The notes under the pieces are model-generated. The model was not told the origin of the DNA. It ran no database searches and worked only from the letters and a program-made list of their open reading frames with translations. Below, in pieces: positions 26,747-32,909 of a DNA stretch of 32,909 nucleotides. The position numbers and the translations under genes are program-made. Positions within the stretch are counted from its first letter, which is position 1. Every line of letters begins with the position of its first letter. This DNA is from Candidatus Cloacimonadota bacterium (GTDB lineage Bacteria; Cloacimonadota; Cloacimonadia; Cloacimonadales; Cloacimonadaceae): the NCBI GenBank assembly GCA_023230795.1, contig JALNWR010000001.1, positions 1 through 32,909 of the forward strand, written 5' to 3'.

Positions 26747-27314
26747 CGCACAAGGTCGAGCCATCCCGGTCTCTGTAATCAAATCCGAGATGCTCAAACA
26801 GGATAGCGTAGTTAATAACACCCTTGATCGGGTAATCCGGCTTCAGAAGCGCATAATATCCGACAAGATCAAACTCTATGCCGAGATCGAAGGCTATCTT
26901 GAGTTTGTAGCCAAGAAGAGCGGTTTGGCATGGAAAGGTAATGCTGGGTTCACCAGCTTCGATGGTAAGTACAAGATCGAAATCCGCTTCAAAGAACGCA
27001 TTGAATTCGGACTGGAGTTGCAGCTTGCTAAGCAGAAGATCGATGAGTGCATCAAAGCCTGGACAACAGACTCCAACGTTAATCTACGTGCGATCATTAA
27101 CGAAGCCTTCCAAGTCGACAAGAAAGGCCAGATTGCTAAGTTCCGTATTCTTGCCCTGCGTAAGTACAACATCAAAGACCCGATCTGGAAAGAAGCGATG
27201 GAACTGATCGATAAAGCCATCATGGTAGTCTCGACTAAACAGTATGTGTCTTTCTACGCAAGAGATGAACATGGCGAATACAAGATGATCGTCCTCAACT
27301 TCACCGCACTCTAA
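26691..27314 (+). CDS. DUF3164-family protein (typical of Mu/B3/D3112-like transposable phages)
   Basis: 207 aa. SFDGKYKIEIRF...LQLAKQKIDECIKAW...LRAIINEAFQVDKKGQIAKFRILALRKY...DPIWKEAMELIDKAI...YVSFYARDE is collinear with my recollection of DUF3164 proteins. It overlaps the previous ORF by 56 nt. Confidence 0.62.
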   Translation: MENQTTPKAKTTAERTKIDAQGRAIPVSVIKSEMLKQDSVVNNTLDRVIRLQKRIISDKIKLYAEIEGYLEFVAKKSGLAWKGNAGFTSFDGKYKIEIRFKERIEFGLELQLAKQKIDECIKAWTTDSNVNLRAIINEAFQVDKKGQIAKFRILALRKYNIKDPIWKEAMELIDKAIMVVSTKQYVSFYARDEHGEYKMIVLNFTAL

Positions 27315-27374
27315 ACTAAGAAAGAGTGGTAGCGTCATACAAACCGATTTGATAGAAATACAGGAGAATGATTA

Positions 27375-27626
27375 ATGGCACCTATGAATACCAATACAGC
27401 AGAGGTAATAGAAACGATGAGTATCTTTAATGACGACCGCAACTACCGCACGGATGAGATAGCAGATATCCTCCGGGTTGACCGTTCCAGTGTTTACCGC
27501 TGGATACGGGTCATTGGCGACCCTCTGCCTGCCTTCCGCACCAAAGAGAACGGACAGTTACGCTGTGCCGGGAAAGACTTAAACGAATACCTGCTCAAGC
27601 ATAAGGTTCGCCCGGAATATGAGTAA
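27375..27626 (+). CDS. Excisionase-family (HTH_17-type) DNA-binding protein; possible middle or late regulator
   Basis: 83 aa with AGGAGA upstream. Contains the HTH TDEIADILRVDRSSVYRWIR followed by LPAFR...G.LRC...LNEYL. Confidence 0.6.
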   Translation: MAPMNTNTAEVIETMSIFNDDRNYRTDEIADILRVDRSSVYRWIRVIGDPLPAFRTKENGQLRCAGKDLNEYLLKHKVRPEYE

Positions 27627-28068
27627 TGCAATAGAGTTCCGTATCAAGCGGGGCAACTGCAAAGATGCTTATCTGAATGGTAAGACCGATCCACTCGAGC
27701 TGGCGGTGATCTTCGGTGTTTCCGATATCACCGTCCGCAAGTGGATCAAGAGTGGTAAGTGGGATGAGCTATTCAAGGAAGAGCGGAAGCTTGACCATGA
27801 GATCAGCTTAGCCCGTAAGAAGGCACTCATCCAAGCATTACGTGAGTATGCTAAGAATCCTGCAGACACAGCATTACAGAGCCTCGTAAGCTTAATCAAA
27901 CAGAACCAGAAAGATAGTGAACCTGCCAAGGAGCTGAACGACTATATCGTGCGCTTCCTGGATCAGGTTACCGACTTTATGATCGAGAAAGGGCATGAGA
28001 CTATGCTCAAACAGTTCCAGGGTATAGTTCTTGACCTTGCCGAGTACTTAAGAGTTAGAAATGGATAA
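27619..28068 (+). CDS. Putative terminase small subunit (HTH-containing)
   Basis: 149 aa with N-terminal HTH LELAVIFGVSDITVRKWIKSGKW. It lies immediately upstream of TerL and overlaps the previous gene by 8 nt. The call rests on position and architecture only. Confidence 0.48.
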   Translation: MSNAIEFRIKRGNCKDAYLNGKTDPLELAVIFGVSDITVRKWIKSGKWDELFKEERKLDHEISLARKKALIQALREYAKNPADTALQSLVSLIKQNQKDSEPAKELNDYIVRFLDQVTDFMIEKGHETMLKQFQGIVLDLAEYLRVRNG

Positions 28069-28088
28069 TTATACAGCCACGGACATGG

Positions 28089-29738
28089 TTGCCTCCAAAC
28101 AAGCCTACCCTCCAACCCAAACCTGCCAAGCGGAGCCGTCGCCTCCGGCTCCGCACTTTCATGGTTACCCTCCAAGTCCCGGTTATGTCTAAGAAGTTCA
28201 TTCAGCGACATAACAAGGCATTGGCGGAGATCGCTTCAAAAACGATCTCCGTCTTGCCTTTTATATACGATAATCCTGAAGCCAAGACTGAGAGGATAAG
28301 ACGAACCACAGCCGAGGGTTGGGATGCCTTCTCGTTCTTCTGTCATACCTATTTCCCGCATATCTTCCTACTACCATTTTGCCCAGCACATGAGACTATG
28401 TTCGATGTGACTGATAAGGGCTCAGGCATCATCGGAATCACAGGTTTTCGTGGGCTGGGCAAAACGGTACTAATGGGAGTGGTCTATCCCATCTGGAGGA
28501 TAATCCGAGGTGAACGCTACGTGATCCATACTGCTGCTGACGTAGATCTGGCACAGGAGCGCACAGCGTTTACTTTACATGAACTGCAGAACAATAAGCG
28601 ACTCACTATGGACTATCCTGAGCTGCAGCCGGTTGATGCCTTTGATCTGGACTTCTATCTCAAGAATAAAGCCAGGATCAGAGCCAGAAGTATCAAGCAG
28701 TCCCATAGAGGTACTATCAATCCCAAGACTGCCAAGCGGCCCGGACTGATCGTATGCGATGATATCGACAAAGAAGAGAACATGGGCAACCAGTCCATCG
28801 GCAAGAGACGCATGGAGAAGATCACCCAAGAGCTTGCCGGAGCTCTCTCACCGGAGGGCAATGGCAAGATCGTCTGGCTCGGTAACCTGGTACATCCCAA
28901 TTACTCCATCTGCCAGTTTCAGGAGCTCATATTAGGCGAAATGCGAGCAGATAATCCAGAATTAGACGTTACCTACCAGATTGTATTAAAGACGCACCAA
29001 AAGGCGATATTGCGCTTCTCTCTTGAAGATATGCAGGGCAAGTCCATCTGGGAGGAGCAATACCCTACTGCCACTCTGCCAAACCTGCGAGCCAAGTTTG
29101 GGCATACCGGTTATCAGAGGGAGATGCTCGGACAGTCGGTAATCGAAGGTAACATCTTCAAGAACCACTGGTTCACCAAGTATAGAACACTACCTGAACC
29201 ATCCCAGATGAAGCGTGTCTGGCTCTATGCCGATCCTGCTTGGGGAGAGAAGGGCTGCTATAAAGCTGTTATCTCTATTGGCTATGATGGTAACAGATTC
29301 TACGTGCTTCATGTCTGGATACGTCAGACTGAGAATACCAAGTTCTTCAGATACTATTATGATGCCTATCAGGAGTTAGATAGAATCTACCGAGTCAAAG
29401 CCAGAGCTGCCTGTGAAACCACCTACGGACAAGCTCGCATCCTTGCTGACTTCGACAGGTGGGCTACTGATAACCATCTGCCACCGATATCTCACAGAAT
29501 CAAGCGGATCGATAACAAGGACAACAAGAACCTGCGTATAGAACGCACTGAAACCATCATCGAAACTGCCAAGATTCTGTTTCCGGAGGGACAGGACACA
29601 CCAACTCTCATAAGTCAGTTCCTCACCTATCCTGATGGCTATATCGATGGCTGTGATGCCTTGGCTGGATGTCTGGAGCGTTTCTCTGAATATGATATAG
29701 GCAGGAACAGAGTGAAAGTCCGGAGATTCTCCTTCTAA
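28089..29738 (+). CDS. Terminase large subunit
   Basis: Walker A-like GITGFRGLGKT and Walker B LIVCDDID. The C-terminal RNaseH-fold nuclease region is VWLYADPAWGEKGCYKAVISIGYDG...VLHVW. The track start is TTG at 28089; in-frame ATGs lie at 28161 and 28185, and the real start is uncertain. Confidence 0.84.
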   Translation: MPPNKPTLQPKPAKRSRRLRLRTFMVTLQVPVMSKKFIQRHNKALAEIASKTISVLPFIYDNPEAKTERIRRTTAEGWDAFSFFCHTYFPHIFLLPFCPAHETMFDVTDKGSGIIGITGFRGLGKTVLMGVVYPIWRIIRGERYVIHTAADVDLAQERTAFTLHELQNNKRLTMDYPELQPVDAFDLDFYLKNKARIRARSIKQSHRGTINPKTAKRPGLIVCDDIDKEENMGNQSIGKRRMEKITQELAGALSPEGNGKIVWLGNLVHPNYSICQFQELILGEMRADNPELDVTYQIVLKTHQKAILRFSLEDMQGKSIWEEQYPTATLPNLRAKFGHTGYQREMLGQSVIEGNIFKNHWFTKYRTLPEPSQMKRVWLYADPAWGEKGCYKAVISIGYDGNRFYVLHVWIRQTENTKFFRYYYDAYQELDRIYRVKARAACETTYGQARILADFDRWATDNHLPPISHRIKRIDNKDNKNLRIERTETIIETAKILFPEGQDTPTLISQFLTYPDGYIDGCDALAGCLERFSEYDIGRNRVKVRRFSF

Positions 29739-30613
29739 TGAACTACTATGATCAGCTAATGCTGGAGTACTACCGGGTCCTGAATAATTCTTGGAAAACT
29801 GAGATCAGAGATGCAACCCGGCTTGCCATCCAGATGCTAAGTGACATGCCGAGAGCCGAGAAGATCAACAAGGACTCCATAGATAAGCTTATGGGCATCA
29901 TTAATACCCAGTTGGGAGATGACTTCGCAGCACTGGTCAATGAGCCCACCAAAGCGTTAATAGACCGCTGTGTGCGGTTTGGACTCAAGGACACCCAAGT
30001 ACAAGCTCCAACCAAGACCAGCATCGGGCTCTGGGGCATTGAAGACCAGCATCTCTCATCCACCATTCAGAAGCAGCAGTTGTTCTGGATCGGGAATCAC
30101 TTTGAAGCTGATGTCAGGCAGAACTTCGCAGACACCCTCTCCAAGGCAATAGAGCAGGGCTATACCAAGGAGATGCTTGCCGATACCCTCAAAGACCAGT
30201 TCAATGATCTCGCCAACCGCTCATCACACTACTGGCAAGGACTGGCAGAGCATACAGCCCTGAGAATACGAGAGTTCGGAAGGTTACAGGGTTACAAGAA
30301 AGCCAAAGCCAGATATTACAAGCTCGTAGTGATCCTGGATGATCGCACTAGTGACATATGCCGGGCATTGGCTGCCCAAGATAGGGTCTATCCGCTAAAC
30401 GATGCAATCGAAGTAATGGACAATCTCATGGCTCTGAATACGAAATCAAACAGCCTGGATGATGCCCGGGATTACATCAAAGCTCTGGCACCTTGGATCA
30501 AAGACGATCAGATCGAATATGACTCGGAGATGAACCCGGTAGGTGTCTCCGGAGCGCATACTCCGTTTCCGCCGTTTCATTGGAAGTGCAGGACGACAAG
30601 CTCTATTCTGTAA
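29738..30613 (+). CDS. Phage head morphogenesis protein, MuF / SPP1 gp7 family
   Basis: 291 aa. ILDDRTSDICRALAAQDRVYPL and the C-terminal FPPFHWKCRTT correspond to the Phage_Mu_F D.RT..C and PP.H.NCRC motifs, with the second Cys absent. The start overlaps the TerL stop (TAATG). Confidence 0.78.
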   Translation: MNYYDQLMLEYYRVLNNSWKTEIRDATRLAIQMLSDMPRAEKINKDSIDKLMGIINTQLGDDFAALVNEPTKALIDRCVRFGLKDTQVQAPTKTSIGLWGIEDQHLSSTIQKQQLFWIGNHFEADVRQNFADTLSKAIEQGYTKEMLADTLKDQFNDLANRSSHYWQGLAEHTALRIREFGRLQGYKKAKARYYKLVVILDDRTSDICRALAAQDRVYPLNDAIEVMDNLMALNTKSNSLDDARDYIKALAPWIKDDQIEYDSEMNPVGVSGAHTPFPPFHWKCRTTSSIL

Positions 30614-30618
30614 AAGAA

Positions 30619-30649
30619 ATTGAGCCCGATTTATCAGATCGGGCTCAAT
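30619..30649 (-). terminator. Terminator hairpin between convergent genes (functional orientation: minus strand)
   Basis: Perfect 12-bp stem ATTGAGCCCGAT/ATCGGGCTCAAT with a 7-nt loop. On the minus strand it is followed by TTCTTTTA. No T-run follows it on the + strand. Confidence 0.62.
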
Positions 30650-30664
30650 ATGGCAATGTGATCC

Positions 30665-32909
30665 CTATTTCATTAGCATTATCTTCCTGGTTGGTATGGC
30701 TCCGGATGCTTGCATTTTCACGAAGTATATTCCAGAGCTTACGTCACGCTGGTGCTTGTCTTTGCCATCCCACACTACTTTGTGGAATCCACGTAGCATT
30801 TCAGAATCGCATAGATCTTTTACCTTTTGGCCTTTCACGTTGTAAATGCCAACCTTAACCAAGCCATCCTTAGGTATGCTGAACGCGATCGTCGTGCTGG
30901 GATTGAAGGGATTTGGGTAGTTTGAACTGATGAGGGCTTTATTGGGAATCGGAATCATATCTTCTTCAGTTCCATTCAGCAATTCATCAAGCAGATCCCA
31001 GTGCTCCTGGTGTTTTGCTTTGAACACATTCCTATCGGGATAGATGTATTGAGTGTATTTGGTGCTGATGGGCTTCTTATTTTCGCTCATGGCAGCCAAT
31101 TGCAGCACAATCTCCAGATTCATCACAGCGTGGAGAGAATCAACGGGACTTTCTGCATTAAGGATTCTCAGCTCAAGCAAGTCAATAGCTGTTTGAAAGG
31201 CTTCGGCTTGCAGACAGTTTTTAATCAGATAATCCTGCAAGTACTTGGTAAGAATGGGATTATCAGTATCGTATTGAGCAATCTTGGCCAATAAGTAGGA
31301 TTCTGTTCCGGTGAGTGTAACGCCAGCTTGATCAGCAGTACGGTAATAGGCATCAAGGGCGTCATACAACAATTCAGCTTCGCTGATCTCATTCTCATTC
31401 AGAATCGTTTTATACGTATCATTGGCGGTCAGGTAATTCCCGGCTAGTTCCGCACTCATAGCCTGAGCCATCCTTTCGTTATTTTCCAAGTAAACGTTTG
31501 GCGAAGGATCGTAATAATTGCAGTAGGCGTAATCTGAAGGTGTGCCAGGACTGCTTATTTTTGCAACACTGTCCTCAAACCAATTGTAACTGGCATTAAT
31601 GGGACTTTTAAATAGACCACCAACGTCCCAGTTTGCATCGAAATGAAAATCCAAACTTAGATTGAAGGGACCAGGATTCTTATGGTAGAAATCATTATGG
31701 CCTCCATACAGCTGGACTCGGGCTGTGTACGAAGACGTATCTTGGAACTTCAGATTTTCATATTCTGCCTGATACAGGTTTTTAGCTGCATTTCCCATAT
31801 TCAATATCGAGCCGGCATGATTCAGGATTCCTGTATCTGTGTAGAATTTGTTATAGGCAACCCGTTGGTTTGAACCTCTGCTTTCAATCCCAATATCTCC
31901 CAAACTGAAGGTAGAATCGAAGATTCCTCCAGATTGGGCAGTTGATAGCTCTGTGCGGATACCAATATCGCAACTTGTAAAATCGCATTCCACAACCTTG
32001 GGAGAGGTCACTTCAAAATACGCCCCCAAGTCATTCTTAAAGAAAGTACAGTTTCGGATTAAAGGCGAATACTGAAGTCCTATAAAATGCATCCCAGTGC
32101 TGTTCTTGTTGAAGTGGCAGTATCGAATGGTGTCTCCCAAGGCTGGGTTTGATCCATTCGCTAATCCTAACCACAGATCTTCGAATACTACACCATGTAA
32201 GAATAGGTTGGCATAGGGATTATCATAGTACAATCCAATATTATCTGTCCCTGCGCCATAAAAACCCTTGTTGTCGGTTGACGCGGTAATTCTGATACTT
32301 TGGCCTGGTAGTTTGTTTGCAATCGATAATCCAACTCCATTTGTTGGAACATTGAATAGGCAATCGGCAAGCAGCACTTGGGAACCTAGCACCTCATTAT
32401 AGTCAGCCCCAGAGATTGTAGTATTAGTCATAGTCACTATCCCGGCATTTGATATCCGCATTCCTTGCCAAGTTTCACCATCATCTGTTTTCTTAAGGAT
32501 AGTGTTGGTAGCTGTGATACCAGAATCATCCACCAGCAAAATAGAATTATCACCCCAATTACAGGTAGCATTGTTGAATACAATAGCGCTTCCGTCTTCC
32601 ACTATGATCGACACACTATCTGCGATCTCCACGGTACCGCTGATACTCAGAGTTGAGCCACCCTTCACCAATATGGTGGAATGAGCGAAAATCCTAGTTT
32701 CGGTTCCTGGATGAATGGTAACTACTGCACCTTGATCAATGGTGATCGAACCAGATAGATAAGCGATACTTTTCACATCTGCATCACCGGTAACGCTTGC
32801 TGGCAAACTGGAGCACATTTGAAGAAGTTTCCCATCTCCCGCACCCAGGCAAACATTGATATCCTGATCACCAGAAATATAAATATGTTCATCTGCAGAA
32901 TCATAGAGA
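30665..32909 (-). CDS. Large secreted beta-helix-repeat surface protein with T9SS/FlgD-Ig-type C-terminal sorting domain; 5' end beyond the window
   Basis: The track gives 717 aa from an internal Met at 32818. My translation of the same frame upstream (…LYDSADEHIYISGDQDINVCLGAGDGKLLQ-MCSS…) has no stop up to base 32909. The N-terminal region has repetitive G/N/T/I-rich strands typical of parallel beta-helix. The C-terminus is NYPNPFNPSTTIAFSIPKDGLVKVGIYNVKGQKV...SGIYFVKM...RKIMLMK. Confidence 0.75.
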   Translation of the reverse strand, partial: LYDSADEHIYISGDQDINVCLGAGDGKLLQMCSSLPASVTGDADVKSIAYLSGSITIDQGAVVTIHPGTETRIFAHSTILVKGGSTLSISGTVEIADSVSIIVEDGSAIVFNNATCNWGDNSILLVDDSGITATNTILKKTDDGETWQGMRISNAGIVTMTNTTISGADYNEVLGSQVLLADCLFNVPTNGVGLSIANKLPGQSIRITASTDNKGFYGAGTDNIGLYYDNPYANLFLHGVVFEDLWLGLANGSNPALGDTIRYCHFNKNSTGMHFIGLQYSPLIRNCTFFKNDLGAYFEVTSPKVVECDFTSCDIGIRTELSTAQSGGIFDSTFSLGDIGIESRGSNQRVAYNKFYTDTGILNHAGSILNMGNAAKNLYQAEYENLKFQDTSSYTARVQLYGGHNDFYHKNPGPFNLSLDFHFDANWDVGGLFKSPINASYNWFEDSVAKISSPGTPSDYAYCNYYDPSPNVYLENNERMAQAMSAELAGNYLTANDTYKTILNENEISEAELLYDALDAYYRTADQAGVTLTGTESYLLAKIAQYDTDNPILTKYLQDYLIKNCLQAEAFQTAIDLLELRILNAESPVDSLHAVMNLEIVLQLAAMSENKKPISTKYTQYIYPDRNVFKAKHQEHWDLLDELLNGTEEDMIPIPNKALISSNYPNPFNPSTTIAFSIPKDGLVKVGIYNVKGQKVKDLCDSEMLRGFHKVVWDGKDKHQRDVSSGIYFVKMQASGAIPTRKIMLMK

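Larger units (their letters stand above)
21008..30613 (+). mobile_element. Mu-like transposable phage-derived element with left end, regulation, transposition, early and DNA-packaging modules only
   Basis: Mu-type gene order: leftward repressor, motif-rich control region, HTH gene, DDE transposase with Mu-type C-terminal domain, AAA+ partner, DUF3164-like and other early genes, TerS-like, TerL and MuF-like. Repeated end-type motifs lie at 21008-21087. No right end or morphogenesis genes are in the window. Confidence 0.72.

Overview
The 32.9 kb window looks like a Cloacimonadota-type genome. I infer this from a Kce/BKACE gene that closely matches my memory of the Ca. Cloacimonas enzyme, and from T9SS/FlgD-Ig-type C-terminal sorting domains. 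No search was run. Three blocks are present. (1) Bases 1-13563 form one uninterrupted minus-strand string of housekeeping genes, many with overlapping stop and start codons. In coordinate order they are nrdJ (partial, missing from the ORF track), kce, murI, rnr, a small membrane protein, yicC, miaB, a type I-beta DAHP synthase, an unusual GT-like/Ppx-GppA fusion, a NusG-II-domain membrane protein, an AmmeMemoRadiSam-type radical SAM enzyme and waaA. On the minus strand, tRNA-Asp and a terminator hairpin lie just upstream of waaA. (2) Bases 13681-20945 hold a 0.65 kb gene-free gap, a 5'-truncated T9SS sorting-domain remnant and a Sel1-repeat lipoprotein. They also hold the minus-strand heat-shock operon hrcA-grpE-dnaK-dnaJ-rsmE, with a sigma70-like promoter flanked by one good and one degenerate CIRCE operator. 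(3) Bases ~21008-30613 are a Mu-like transposable element. It carries a leftward S24/LexA-type repressor, an HTH gene, a DDE MuA-like transposase and an AAA+ MuB-like protein. These are followed by a DUF3164-like gene and other early genes, an HTH/TerS-like pair, TerL and a MuF/SPP1-gp7-like head protein. The main finding is that the element ends right after the packaging genes: no portal, capsid, tail, lysis genes or right end appear in the window. It also carries at least 9 copies of a 13-nt motif, TGTCACA(C/G)CGA(C/G)(G/C), in two clusters, one at the left end and one between repressor and transposase. The window ends in a partial beta-helix surface protein with a T9SS-type C-terminal domain, also missing from the ORF track because it is open-ended. 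No rRNA or CRISPR array was seen.
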